DNA of 64,000 bases from an uncultured delta proteobacterium (GCA_963723955.1 CAVRSU010000022.1:47004-111003); one strand, 5' to 3'. Counted from the first letter of the stretch, positions 45,239 to 58,361 are shown. Translations and numbers: made by a program. Notes: generated from the letters alone by a model not told the origin.

Positions 45239-45920
45239 CTACTCTTCCTCTTCCTTCGTCACCGCTGGCGTCACCGCTGCACGGGGGCCAGAGTGCAGCA
45301 GATCCTCCGCGATGCGCGACATCTTGCGCAGGCGATTGAAAACCGTCCGGCGCGTGATGCCGAGGACCTCGGCGACCTCTACCTGCGACATGCCGTCGAG
45401 GTAGTGCATGACCGCCACCTTTGCGCCGCCCTCTCCGCAACGATCGAGAACGGCATTGACGAACTCACGATCCGCCAGCCCGGATTCGGCCGAGCTCACG
45501 TGCGGCGAATTGGCGGCCAAGAGTCGGCACCGCACGCGTGTGCACGTTGTGCTCGCGCAAAAGGTTGAGGCAAACATTGGTGGAGACGCGATAGAGATAG
45601 CGAAGCGCCTCTTCTTCCCGCGGCAACACCACCCCGCGGGCGAGCACGCGAATGAAGGCCTCCTGGGTGGCGTCTCGCGCCGCTGCTGGCGACTGCAGAA
45701 AGCGGCGACAGTGCGCGTAGATAGCGGGGGCAAACTTCGCGTAAAGCTCCCCGAGCGCCGTTTCGCCCGCTAAGGCTGCCTTTGAACTTCTCTTCTCGTT
45801 TTCCACGGCGCTGGCCCGCGAAGCATAGCCGACCGCCGCGCAAGAAGGAAACATCGCTTCTGCATACGCCCAACGTGGGAGCGGGTTGCGCGCGAGAGGT
45901 GATGGGGTAGCGTCGATCAT
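45239..45920 (-). CDS. ECF (group 4) sigma-70 family sigma factor, one frameshift near 45500-45540
   Basis: Region 2 (LYAKFAPAIYAHCRRFLQSPAAARDATQEAFIRV) in ORF 45465-46154; region 4 (MSQVEVAEVLGITRRTVFNRLRK) in ORF 45239-45733; ATG forms an ATGA overlap with the upstream lipoprotein stop. Confidence 0.75.
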
Positions 45921-46522
45921 GGTGAAGAGGTTTTGCAGTTGGAAACTTCGACGCACTGTTGGCAGGCCCATGAGCTGCAGGCCTGATGGACTGCGCAGTC
46001 GTCGGTGGAAGCGCACTGTGTGATGATGGCGAAATCGAGTTTCGTCGTGGGAGGCATACTTCCGCTCGGATTCTTGAAGCCATCGCTCTGCACGGGCCCG
46101 CAAACCGTCGGCGAATAACAACCAGGGAACGGTTGCGAGGTATCCGGCACCCATTGCTCATTGTTGATGCCGGGATACAGAAAACCGATCCTGGCTGCCG
46201 GATTGGCCGCCGCCGCGTCCGACGTCACGATCCCAACCTGAGGATCGATATTGAAGGTATCGGGCGTCGGAATCTGGATTTCGAAAACCGGACCGACGGC
46301 GCCCGCGTGATCGATAGTCGGAAAGCGGCGAATGGTGATGGCCGCAGGCTCTGTCAAACTAGCCGTCGGAACGTCCAAGGTGGCTTCCTGAAACACGATC
46401 TGTCCGCCCTCCGGACCGATGGTCTTGGTCACGTAGAGATCGCCTTCGCCGTCGCGAATTCCGGTCCCGCACGACATCGTGGTGGATGTCGCCAGGAAAG
46501 CTATCACCCCCCACGGTCGCAT
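45917..46522 (-). CDS. Lipoprotein with cysteine-rich C-terminus, function unknown
   Basis: Lipobox TTMSC; C-terminal QCASTDDCAVHQACSSWACQQCVEVSNC. Confidence 0.5.
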   Translation of the reverse strand: MRPWGVIAFLATSTTMSCGTGIRDGEGDLYVTKTIGPEGGQIVFQEATLDVPTASLTEPAAITIRRFPTIDHAGAVGPVFEIQIPTPDTFNIDPQVGIVTSDAAAANPAARIGFLYPGINNEQWVPDTSQPFPGCYSPTVCGPVQSDGFKNPSGSMPPTTKLDFAIITQCASTDDCAVHQACSSWACQQCVEVSNCKTSSP

Positions 46523-46688
46523 TTATTTAATACCCCGCGTTGCATCTCCTCAACTCTAGGAACAATCCGCTCTTAGAACAATCCGACCCGCCACAATGGG
46601 AATAGGCAAAATAGGGTCAAATCGCCCGCGCAGACGACGAAAATGCGATCCTCTTGCCCGACACTCGCCACACTCGGGCAGGGTTTGG

Positions 46689-48578
46689 CTAGTAGATCGG
46701 CGGCGCTGGCGGAATGGTGATCATGTCCCACACCGGCGTCGTGTTCACCGTGGGGTTCTTGTCCGTGGGGAGCATCTGCCACCAAAGGTAGATGGACTTG
46801 TACGTCTTGTAGGTTCCGCCCTCGACCGAAATGGCGGTCAGGTAGAGCTGCGAGATCTCACGCTTCGTGCCGTCCTGGCCCGTGACCGGGGGCAGCCCGG
46901 CACGGTTGGAAGAGTAGATCACCCAATAGTAGGTTCGGTTGTTGTAGGTTTGGGCGGCTGGCGCCCACTTGGGGAAGTGATTGTTCACGCCAGGGTTGGG
47001 GCTCGTCTTGCCAGTGCATGCCACAGGGTCATTCGCGTTCAGACGAACCGCCGTGCCTGCGCCAGGCGCCGAGCCAAGTGGCGCGAAATACATCTCAGCC
47101 GCAGGATTGGCATACATGACTCCGCCAGATGGAACCCGGTCGAACAGAACCATCGAGTCGTCCGGCGCATAGGCGGCGTAGTATTCCTCCCACTTCGGGT
47201 CGGATGCTCCAGGAACCGGCTTGGCCTCGCCGCCGCTGCCCCCGTTGTAGGGAACCATGTAAAGATCGGTCGCTCCTTGCTGAAGTCGGCCATCCTTGCA
47301 TCCGCCATTCGTGGACGAATAGATGATGTTGCTGCCATCGTGGCTCCAAGTGGCGAAGGCAGCGCCGCGAGCGTTGTCAGCACCGCGATCGATGATCCCG
47401 TAGTTGCCCGCTGTCAGCTGTGCGACGGGCTGTTGATTGGGACCAATCTGCGTCGTGATGGGGGGCGCGGACGAGTCGAGGTTGTACCAGACGAGCTTGG
47501 CGGGCGTGGTGGTGTCGTTGGCCCCAGATGCAAATTCCGAAGTTTCGGCCGAGGTCGTCACCATGATGCGCTTGTCGGTTTGCCAGTTCTGGCTCGAAAA
47601 GGTGGCCGGTCCGGTCCATGGCTTGTTGAGCGCCGCTAGGCCGCCAACGGAAAGGTTCGGCAACTCGGCTCCGGTCCCGACGTTGTCCTTCGTGACTCCG
47701 GCGATTACCGAACCCCACGGCCAGTTGTCCACGAATGACACGAACCCGGAGTCCGGCGTGGAGGAGTGGCAACCGATACAGGTTGGCTTGCGAACATTGA
47801 ACCCCATGTCGCGACTCGGCTGCTGCACCTGGGACAGCAGCAGGGCATCGACAACGCCTTCCTCGCTGACCGTGAATCCGCGCAGGATGGAAGTCGCATC
47901 GTTCTGCGTATCGACATTCTGGTTCCAATAGCTGCCCGGATCGGCGGCCCAGTAGACGATGCTGCCCGCGGCGCTCGCGGATGCGATCTGGAACTTCACC
48001 GTGGTGGCGCCGCCGCTAGCTGCGCGAACCGTAACCGAGATGTCCGATTCGTGCACGTGCACCCGCAGCCCGTCCCAGATGGTCTTGTCCATGATCCAGT
48101 TGTCGGCAGTCGTGTACACAACCAGGTCGTTGGCCTCGATGTCAGCGTGGACCGTGATCTGGACGAGACCGGACGTTCCGGTCCACTTGATGCGTGGTCG
48201 TGTCCAGTTGAATGGAAAGAGCGAACCGTCCTCGGGCTCGGTCACGCAAGGTCCGGTGCCCGACGGGCTGCCCGAAAACTGGCCGGATGGATTGCTGGGG
48301 ATCGAAGAAGACTTGGGATCGCTTATCGGCGCGGAAGGAAAGTCCGTACAGGCTGTCGGGTTGGGGCATGCCTGGGGCGTAGCATCTTGATCGACCTGCG
48401 GCGTCGGCGTCGCCCCCTTGGCGTCCAGATCGATGTTCAGGCCTGACGACCCCGCTTTTCCGCCGCCGCCCGAGCCCCCTCCGCCGCCGCCCAGAACGAT
48501 CCCCGCCTTGGCTCCGGCACAACCAGCGATCCCGCCGAGGATGGCCAGACCGAAACACGCGCCCATTTTGAACAGCAT
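46689..48578 (-). CDS. Lipoprotein with Gly-rich linker, single CxxCH motif and TolB-like beta-propeller-like C-terminal region
   Basis: Start ATG 48578 after GAGGAGG; lipobox GIAGC; CIGCH; WSHDGSNIIYSS and YAPDDSMVLFDR blade-like segments. Confidence 0.5.
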   Translation of the reverse strand: MLFKMGACFGLAILGGIAGCAGAKAGIVLGGGGGGSGGGGKAGSSGLNIDLDAKGATPTPQVDQDATPQACPNPTACTDFPSAPISDPKSSSIPSNPSGQFSGSPSGTGPCVTEPEDGSLFPFNWTRPRIKWTGTSGLVQITVHADIEANDLVVYTTADNWIMDKTIWDGLRVHVHESDISVTVRAASGGATTVKFQIASASAAGSIVYWAADPGSYWNQNVDTQNDATSILRGFTVSEEGVVDALLLSQVQQPSRDMGFNVRKPTCIGCHSSTPDSGFVSFVDNWPWGSVIAGVTKDNVGTGAELPNLSVGGLAALNKPWTGPATFSSQNWQTDKRIMVTTSAETSEFASGANDTTTPAKLVWYNLDSSAPPITTQIGPNQQPVAQLTAGNYGIIDRGADNARGAAFATWSHDGSNIIYSSTNGGCKDGRLQQGATDLYMVPYNGGSGGEAKPVPGASDPKWEEYYAAYAPDDSMVLFDRVPSGGVMYANPAAEMYFAPLGSAPGAGTAVRLNANDPVACTGKTSPNPGVNNHFPKWAPAAQTYNNRTYYWVIYSSNRAGLPPVTGQDGTKREISQLYLTAISVEGGTYKTYKSIYLWWQMLPTDKNPTVNTTPVWDMITIPPAPPIY

Positions 48579-48589
48579 GCGCACCTCCT

Positions 48590-50095
48590 CTACTGAAACA
48601 TCAAGCGCAGGCCAGTGGTCAGGTCCAGTACCGCAGAGTAGTGGGTGAAACCAAGCAAGGCTTGTGTGTCGACCGTCCATCGCCAACGCCGGTTGAGTTT
48701 GTAGAGCATTCCGCCCCCTATCCCGGCCGCCCACGGCCCCCCCTTCACGGTATCCTTGAAGGGGATTACGCTCGTGACATTGCCATTCTTATCTAGCACC
48801 TGTGACTGGGCTTCGACCTGAAGACGAAACGCATCCCCCCAACCCGCGGCGGTGGCGAAATACCAGCGCATCTTCTCGTCACCGTCCGTAAAAAAGAGCA
48901 GGCGCAACAGCACGGCGTTCGCCCCCCAGGGCGTCCCCTTCCACCCACCCAGGATGAGCTGATCGCGCCCGGTAAGGGCCAATGCAGTGTTTCTGCCCAC
49001 GAAATATCCAATCTCAGGCACGGCATGCCCCAAGAACGCGAGCGCCACGCCGGGACTAAATCCGACTTTGTTGTCGGGGAACGTCTCGGTGGAGTTGCCC
49101 GAGGCGTAGCCGACCCCCGAACCGAGGCCAAAGCCGAGCCACCAGGTTCCTTTCGATCCTTCGTGCTCTCGGCGTCGATCTCTTTCTAGACGAGCCAGGG
49201 GGTTGTCGTCGTCGATTTCGTCGCCCTCCTCTTCCTCTTCGTCGTCTCCTTCGCCGATCTCGCCCTCCCCTGCGGTGGCCGTCGGTCCGGCCGAAGCGGC
49301 CTCGCCGCCCTTCACGGAGATCACGCTCGGGCTGTCCTCCCGGCCGGAAAACGCGAGACTGGTTCCGCTCTCATCACGAGCTTCGAAGTAGACCGGAATC
49401 CACTTGGCCTTGGTCTGCGAAGCGGGAATCTTCGCCAGCCAGATCGTGGCAGCGCCCGACATGCCCGACTTGCTCATCTGGAGGACTTGGTAGTCGTTGC
49501 CACCGTTCGCTTTGTAGTACAGCATCACCGTGGCTGGATGAAGCTCGGCCGAGGTCATGCACTTGAGGGTGACTTCCGCGCCTGCCTGAACATCCCCGCT
49601 GGTCGGGCATTTGATTGCTACGTCGGCTTCGACAGCCGGCTCGCCTGGCTTGGTCGCAGGTGGTGGCGCGGCGCCCTTCATCTCGGCCTTGGCGCGTGCC
49701 AGGTTGGCCTCGGTTTCGGGGGTCGCCCGCTGCTTGCCCATCCTGAGGTCGGGCTTGATGGCCAACGCCTTCTTGAAGTGAAATACAGCCTTGTCTGGAT
49801 TGTTGAGCCCGAGGCTGTAGAGCACGGCCAGATTGCCGTTGGTGGCGAGTCCCGCCGGCCCGTTTCCGAGGTTCGACTTCTCGACGATGGCAAGGGCATC
49901 GAGAAGCGTCTTCTCCGCTAGCGCGAAGTTCCGGTCGTCGAAAAGCTGCATCGCATAGCGATTCATCTTCTGCACCTTCGCGGCGGGATCGGCTTCGTCG
50001 GCCTTGCCCTCGGCGGCACGGGCCGTCTGCGCGTGTCCAAGGGCCAGGAAGGTGGTGAGGATCAATACGGTTCCGGCGGTTTTCATTGAGCTCAT
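48590..50095 (-). CDS. TPR-containing secreted protein with acidic linker and C-terminal beta-barrel-like domain
   Basis: Signal MSSMKTAGTVLILTTFLALGHAQTARA; TPR-like helices; EGDDEEEEEGDEIDDD; Gly/aromatic C-terminal 200 aa ending LRLMFQ. Confidence 0.5.
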   Translation of the reverse strand: MSSMKTAGTVLILTTFLALGHAQTARAAEGKADEADPAAKVQKMNRYAMQLFDDRNFALAEKTLLDALAIVEKSNLGNGPAGLATNGNLAVLYSLGLNNPDKAVFHFKKALAIKPDLRMGKQRATPETEANLARAKAEMKGAAPPPATKPGEPAVEADVAIKCPTSGDVQAGAEVTLKCMTSAELHPATVMLYYKANGGNDYQVLQMSKSGMSGAATIWLAKIPASQTKAKWIPVYFEARDESGTSLAFSGREDSPSVISVKGGEAASAGPTATAGEGEIGEGDDEEEEEGDEIDDDNPLARLERDRRREHEGSKGTWWLGFGLGSGVGYASGNSTETFPDNKVGFSPGVALAFLGHAVPEIGYFVGRNTALALTGRDQLILGGWKGTPWGANAVLLRLLFFTDGDEKMRWYFATAAGWGDAFRLQVEAQSQVLDKNGNVTSVIPFKDTVKGGPWAAGIGGGMLYKLNRRWRWTVDTQALLGFTHYSAVLDLTTGLRLMFQ

Positions 50096-50236
50096 GGTGG
50101 TGGGTTCTTGGTCCTGATGATCCCCCCTTTTTACACACTCACTCGGCTCGAAGTGAGAAGAATCGCCATGCTCCAAACGCTGATATGGACAGATTCGTCG
50201 CCCTACATTGCCTCACAAGTGTAGGTCGTCTGGCGA

Positions 50237-51569
50237 CTACAGGTCGTAGACCTTGAGCTTGTCGTACAGCGTGCGCAGGCCAATTCCAAGTCGCGCCGCC
50301 GTCTGTTTTCGGTTGCCACCCGTTAGGGCCAGTGTGCGTCGGATGGCTTCCTTCTCCATGTCCTCAAGCTTCTCGCTGCCCGAGCCGTCAGCGGCCTGCG
50401 AGGCCGAAGCCGTGGGACCGGTCAGGATAAGGTCGGCGCCGAGCACGTTGCCTTCGGCCAAGATCGCCGCGCGCTCGAGAACATTGCCCAGTTCGCGCAC
50501 GTTGCCGGGCCAGGCATAGGATGCAAGGCGCGCGCGGGCCGCATCATCGAGCACCAGGGATGGGCGCCCAAGCTGCCGGGCGATGCGCGCCAGCAAGTCA
50601 TGGGCGAGCGGAATGATGTCGGCCAGACGCTCGCGCAGCGGCGGAATGCGGATGGGGAAGACTGCCAGGCGGTGGTAGAGATCCTCCCGAAATCGGCCAG
50701 CGCGCATCGCTTCGGTCAAATCGCTGTTGGTGGCGGCCACGATGCGCACGTCGACCTCGATGGTGCGCGTGCCGCCCACGCGCTCGAAGCGCCGCTCTTG
50801 CAGCACGCGCAGAAGCTTGGCCTGCAGCTGGGGGCGTAGTTCGCCAACCTCGTCGAGAAACAGGGTTCCGCCATCGGCCAGCTCGAAACGACCCCGGTGA
50901 CTCGACACGGCGCCTGTGAAGGCCCCCTTTTCGTGTCCGAACATCTCGCTCTCGAGAAGCGAGTCCGAGATGGCCGCGCAGTTGACCGCAACGAATGGCC
51001 CCGCCGCTCGCCGGCTTTCGCAATGCAGGACACGCGACAGTACCTCCTTGCCCGTGCCGCTCTCGCCCAAGAGCAGCACGGTGGCGTCCGTGGTCGCGAC
51101 CTTTCGCACTTGCCCCATCACCGCCTGCATGACCCGGTCCTTGGCCACGATGGACGGCTCACCGCTGTCCGGCGCGCGCATGCGCTGGGCGTCCTCGCGC
51201 AAGTGGCGACGCTCCATCGCGCGGCTGGCGACCAGGCGAAGCTCGTCGGGCCCCGACAGCGGCTTATCGAGGTAGTCGAAGGCCCCGAGCTTCATGGCCT
51301 CGACGGCGCCCGCCACGGTTCCGTGCGCGGTCAGCACCACCACCTCGGTTTCGGGTGACTCCGCGCGTGCCTTGCGCAAAAGCGACATGCCATCGAGCCC
51401 GGGCATCTTGAAATCCGTGATCATCAAGTGAAAGGATTCGCGGTCGAGCAGGCGCGCCGCCGATTCCCCGTCGGCTGCCAAGGCTCACGCGCAGCCCCTC
51501 GCCTTCCAGCACCTCCCCAATGAAGGTGCGAATGCCCTCTTCGTCGTCGACAACAAGTACGCGTTCCAT
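50237..51569 (-). CDS. Sigma-54-dependent response regulator (NtrC family), one frame break at 51478-51479
   Basis: REC domain [12 protein letters not shown]... split from the rest; GESGTGKE Walker A, GAFTGA motif, C-terminal Fis-type HTH. Confidence 0.85.
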
Positions 51570-51571
51570 GA

Positions 51572-52921
51572 CTAAACTCCTCGCGCTGGTGGGGGCAGAC
51601 GCACAGAAAAAACCGCGCCTCCGCCCGAATGATTGCGGGCGGTGATCACGCCGCCATGCCCCTCGACAATCCGACGAGCCAAGGCCAGGCCAAGCCCGGT
51701 GCCTCTCGCTCGTCGAGTGTAGAAAGGCTCGAAAACCCGTTCCTCTTCGCCGGGCGGAATGCCTTCGCCCCGGTCGCGAACCTCGAGGACCAGATGGCGA
51801 TCCGCCTGAACCTCAAGGGTGACATCGATGGGACCTCCGGCCGGCGAGGCGTCGCGTGCGTTGTGCAGCAGATTCACCAGCACCTCTTCCATGCGAGAGG
51901 TGTCGAGAGGCCAGGCCGGGGGAGCAGAATTGGCGTGGAGATGAATATCGGCACTGCCGGCGTCCTCGATGGCCGCGCGAACCACGGCCGCCGGATCGGC
52001 GGATTCGCACTCGACGGCACCCGTGCGCGCGAATTCCAGCACCTGGCGCGAAAGCTCTTCCAGACGCACGGTTTCGCGCAAGACGATCTCCGCGCCCTTG
52101 CGGCCGGCATGGTCGAGCGGAAGCTTTTCGAGCAGGAGCTGGGCGTGCCCCTTGAGCGAGGCCAAGGGATTCTTGATCTCGTGGCCGAGCACGGCGGACA
52201 TCTGGCCAAGAACCTTGAGCTGGCGATCGTGCTCAAGCTGCGCCGAGACCTTCTCGGCGTTGCGTGAGATGCGCCAAAATACCGCGCAGAGCCCCATCAG
52301 CACCAAGGCCGCCAAGAGGCTGACCGCGAGCGTGACACTCGCCCGCCACGCCAAGGCATGGGCCGCGGCTGAGTCCACCTCGAATAGGATTTGCTTGCCG
52401 TGCAACGGGTGATCGGGCGGCGCGGGCGAAGGAACCTGGTCCGACGGGCGATTCCCGGCGGCCCCCGGCGTGTCGCTGGGATGAATCAGCAGACGCGCGA
52501 TGGATCCGCCTGGGCCGAAGCCAATGGTCGCGCTCGGCCCCAGATTGCTGCCGCTCGACCACTGGACGTCCGTCGCTTGCTTGCCGGCCGAGGCGACAAG
52601 CGAGTGGTCCGGGTTGCGAACTTCGACGTAGCGCAGTCCCTGCGCGGCGAGCTCATCGAGGACCTCCTGCAACGCTTGCGCGTTGATCCCCGCGGCCGGC
52701 CGCAAGGCACGGCGAGCCGTGAAGGAAATCCCGATGGCTTGCCCCTGGGTGACCGTGCTCGCCGCATGCCTGATTCCAGCGTGAACCCAGAGCCCAGCCG
52801 CCACCAGCACGGCAGCCATGGCCGCCGACGAAACCAGCAAGCCCCAACGCAAGTAGGCTGGCGAGGTTTTCAAGAGCTCGCGTATCCTTTCTCGTCCGGC
52901 ATCGAACCGAGGGTTGAGCAA
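51572..52921 (-). CDS. Sensor histidine kinase
   Basis: Two TM segments, H-box LGHEIKNPL, HATPase N/G boxes; start uncertain (TTG 52921 or TTG 52873). Confidence 0.8.
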   Translation of the reverse strand: MLNPRFDAGRERIRELLKTSPAYLRWGLLVSSAAMAAVLVAAGLWVHAGIRHAASTVTQGQAIGISFTARRALRPAAGINAQALQEVLDELAAQGLRYVEVRNPDHSLVASAGKQATDVQWSSGSNLGPSATIGFGPGGSIARLLIHPSDTPGAAGNRPSDQVPSPAPPDHPLHGKQILFEVDSAAAHALAWRASVTLAVSLLAALVLMGLCAVFWRISRNAEKVSAQLEHDRQLKVLGQMSAVLGHEIKNPLASLKGHAQLLLEKLPLDHAGRKGAEIVLRETVRLEELSRQVLEFARTGAVECESADPAAVVRAAIEDAGSADIHLHANSAPPAWPLDTSRMEEVLVNLLHNARDASPAGGPIDVTLEVQADRHLVLEVRDRGEGIPPGEEERVFEPFYTRRARGTGLGLALARRIVEGHGGVITARNHSGGGAVFSVRLPPPARGV

Positions 52922-52932
52922 AGCCCGTGCCT
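52917..52932 (-). promoter_or_regulatory. Candidate sigma-54 promoter AGGCAC-GGGCT-TTGC upstream of the kinase/NtrC operon
   Basis: GG and GC 12 nt apart on the minus strand; overlaps the annotated TTG start, which would favour the downstream start at 52873. Confidence 0.35.
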
Positions 52933-53046
52933 ATCCAAAACTGGCGTAACCATATGACTTCGCCTGCTCACGGACGGGTCGGGAATGCAGATTCCGCATG
53001 GAGTCTGTGCGAGTCCAGCACTCCCCACAAGCCAGAACGACCCGCT

Positions 53047-54138
53047 CTAGTCGTTAAGCGCGTTGGCGACGTCTTCGAAGAGTCCTTGCACGTCTTCGAA
53101 AGCCGAAACGACGTCCGGATCTAGATACGTTCCACTGCGCAGCCCCAGCGCCTGCCGGCACTCGGCATGGCTCAAGGCTGGCTTGTAGCAGCGCCTCGAT
53201 CGGGCCGCATCGTAGGAATCAGCCACAGCCATGATGCGCGCCGAAAGCGGAATGTCCTTACCGTCCAAGCCCGCCGGATAGCCCTTGCCGTCCCAGCGTT
53301 CGTGATGACAACGCGCGATCTCGATGCCGACACGGAGAAACTCGTTGCGCGGATAGCGTGTCTTGACCGCTTCCAGTGTCTGCGCACCGAGCGTGGTGTG
53401 CATCTTCATTTCCTCGAATTCTCTCGGCGTCAGCTCGCCCCGCTTGAGCAAGATGTGGTCGCGGATGGCCACCTTACCGATGTCGTGCAAGGGGCTGGCA
53501 AGAAACATGTTCTCGATGAAGGATTCTTCGATGCGCCCCGTGTAGCTCTCCTGCTCGGCCAGCGTGGCCGAGAGCAACTTGCAGTAGAGCTGGACGCGTT
53601 CGATGTGCTTGCCGGTCTCGCCGTCGCGCGATTCGGCCAGCTTGGCCAGGGCGAAGATGGTCGCCATCTGCGAGTCGGAAATCTCGCGCACCTGTTCGCC
53701 GACCAGTTCGAGGAGTCGGCGATTCTTCGCTTCCAGCTCGACTTGCAAACGCCGCAGGCGCAGATGGTTTTCCACCCGCATGCGCACCTCGAGGAAACTG
53801 GAATGGCTTGGAGACGTAGTCGACGGCGCCCACGCTGAAGGCCTTGACCTTGTCGGCCACATCGTCGATAGCGGAAAGAAAACCACGGGAATATCACGCA
53901 GGCGCGCGTCTCGTTTCAGCCGCCGGCAAACCTCGAAGCCGTCCATGCCCGGCATCATGATGTCGAGCAGGATGAGATCGGGGGGCTCGGCCGCAGCCGC
54001 AGCGAGCGCCATGGTGGCGTCGGAAACCGGACGGGTGAGGTAGCCTTCGCTGCGCAGAAGCTCGCACAGGACACGCAGGTCCTCCGGTCCATCATCGACG
54101 ATGAGAATGTCGCCGCGGCCCCCTGTATTTTCGGACAT
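53047..54138 (-). CDS. Response regulator with HD-GYP phosphodiesterase domain, short out-of-frame excursion (about 53797-53885)
   Basis: REC: ILIVDDGPEDL, LILLDIMMPGMDG; ADKVKAFSVGAVDYVSKPF lies in another frame; HD-GYP: HDIGK, HHERWDGKGYP. Confidence 0.8.
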   Translation of the reverse strand: MSENTGGRGDILIVDDGPEDLRVLCELLRSEGYLTRPVSDATMALAAAAAEPPDLILLDIMMPGMDGFEVCRRLKRDARLRDIPVVFFPLSTMWPTRSRPSAWAPSTTSPSHSSFLEVRMRVENHLRLRRLQVELEAKNRRLLELVGEQVREISDSQMATIFALAKLAESRDGETGKHIERVQLYCKLLSATLAEQESYTGRIEESFIENMFLASPLHDIGKVAIRDHILLKRGELTPREFEEMKMHTTLGAQTLEAVKTRYPRNEFLRVGIEIARCHHERWDGKGYPAGLDGKDIPLSARIMAVADSYDAARSRRCYKPALSHAECRQALGLRSGTYLDPDVVSAFEDVQGLFEDVANALND

Positions 54139-54310
54139 GCGCTCCCCTTCGATGGCAACAGGTTCCACGAAAGTGCTGTGGCTGAAACTGCCTTGCGGCC
54201 CGACTGCGTCCACGATGCTGCAAGCATAACCCAATCTCGGCCCAGCGAGGTCCACATCTGCGTTCACACCACCTCGACCTCGCGTGCAGACCTTGCTACG
54301 TTACCCGACC

Positions 54311-57008
<2,698 letters not shown>

Positions 57009-57016
57009 GCTCCACC

Positions 57017-58219
57017 TTACATGCTCTTGTAGCGGAACAGCTTCATGCGCGGGGCGCCCGACACCTCGAAGAAAAAGCCGAACCCGAAGTTGACGATCCC
57101 GTGCCCGTCCTCAACCAGCTTGCGTGGCGGGTTGATGAAGGGCTGCGCCTCTTTGAAGGCCTCGACGGCGGTGTCGTCGAGGAAATCCAGGCCACAGGTG
57201 TGCACGACCCAGACCTTGGCCAGCGAGCCATCTGCCTTGAGGTTGACCTGAAGGAGCGTGTAGCGATCCTCGGCGCCGTAGATTTTCCCGGTAGGATCGC
57301 GGCGCTGGTACTCCTCGGCGGGCTTCCAGTGATCGCGCACTCGCTCCTTGATGCGATTGAAAAAGGTAGCGTAGATCCAGCGCTTGGCATTGAGCGCAGT
57401 TTCGTTTCCGTCGTCGATGTCGGCCAGGTGATCCTGGGTACCGCTGCCCACGGCGCGCGCGATCTGCTCTTCCGACGGCACGAGCCCGTACAGCCCAGGG
57501 CGGCCCCCGGTCTCGGTTTCCGCCGGATTGATCGTGTGCTGCGGCCGGGGCGCGCCGCCCCCGGAATGGGAGAAGGCGCCGTCGGGATCCGTCGCCAGCT
57601 GTTCCTCGCTGCCAGCCTGATCCGCATTCGGCGCAGTTTCGCCCGCACGCGACCGCACGGGCTGGCTGCGCCTCTCTTCATTTGGCATACGCATGGCCAG
57701 CGGTCCGGGCGAAGCGGGGATCTCCGACGGATTGGGCGTGAGCGCGGGCGCGTTTCGTTTGTTCGGCTCGATCTCGCCGGTGTGGCGCTGCTGCGAATTG
57801 GGATCGAACTTGCCGAAGCGCTTGGTTTCCTTCTCGACCCACGAGTCGTACTCGGCGGCGAAACGCGCCTCGTCTGGCCGCCGCTCTTCACGCGGGCGGG
57901 GCAAATCGACTACCTGCCCCGGCGCCTTGACTGCTTCTTCTTCCTTCTTGACCTGCTCCTGCTTGGCCTTCTCTTCCTGGCGTTCGAGATCGGCGATGAT
58001 CTTGCGGGCCGTGTCGCTGTCCACGGAGCTAACGGAGATAGGCTCGGCCCGTGCCGCGGCCTCGCGGCGCATGGCATCGACCTCGGCCTGGCGCGGTGCC
58101 CAGAAATAGAGCATCACGCCAATGACCCCGCCTATTTCGGCGTGGATGATCAGGGCTAGCGCCAGCCATCGAAGAATCGATGCGCGTTTGTTGCGCTTTG
58201 CCGGACCGGAGCTGGCCAT
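57017..58219 (-). CDS. TonB C-terminal-domain protein with N-terminal TM anchor, KE-rich coiled region and Pro-rich linker
   Basis: TM ILRWLALALIIHAEIGGVIGVMLYFW; C-terminal LDDTAVEAFKEAQPFINPP resembles a TonB_C fold. Confidence 0.5.
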   Translation of the reverse strand: MASSGPAKRNKRASILRWLALALIIHAEIGGVIGVMLYFWAPRQAEVDAMRREAAARAEPISVSSVDSDTARKIIADLERQEEKAKQEQVKKEEEAVKAPGQVVDLPRPREERRPDEARFAAEYDSWVEKETKRFGKFDPNSQQRHTGEIEPNKRNAPALTPNPSEIPASPGPLAMRMPNEERRSQPVRSRAGETAPNADQAGSEEQLATDPDGAFSHSGGGAPRPQHTINPAETETGGRPGLYGLVPSEEQIARAVGSGTQDHLADIDDGNETALNAKRWIYATFFNRIKERVRDHWKPAEEYQRRDPTGKIYGAEDRYTLLQVNLKADGSLAKVWVVHTCGLDFLDDTAVEAFKEAQPFINPPRKLVEDGHGIVNFGFGFFFEVSGAPRMKLFRYKSM

Positions 58220-58361
58220 GGACTGCCCTAACCCACTATCTAAACAGCTAGCACAGTCTGCAACCAGTGCCAGATCGGCACGCTACCCGATGCGCCGCGC
58301 CCTGGATCCACACGGCCGCCTCTCCTAAAGTAGCCCGCGCCTCGACGGCAATTGGCCCATC

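Noticed and set aside
44462-46522. Bacterial gasdermin or another pore-forming substrate next to the caspase
   Set aside because: The adjacent genes are a zf-HC2 anti-sigma factor, an ECF sigma and a signal-peptide lipoprotein. None has the size, N-terminal cysteine context or cytoplasmic character expected of a gasdermin.
50096-50236. Sigma-54 promoter for the TPR/lipoprotein genes downstream of the NtrC-type activator
   Set aside because: I found no GG-N10-GC element with flanking consensus on the minus strand here, only a CTCACT...AGTGAG hairpin. The target promoter of the activator remains unidentified.
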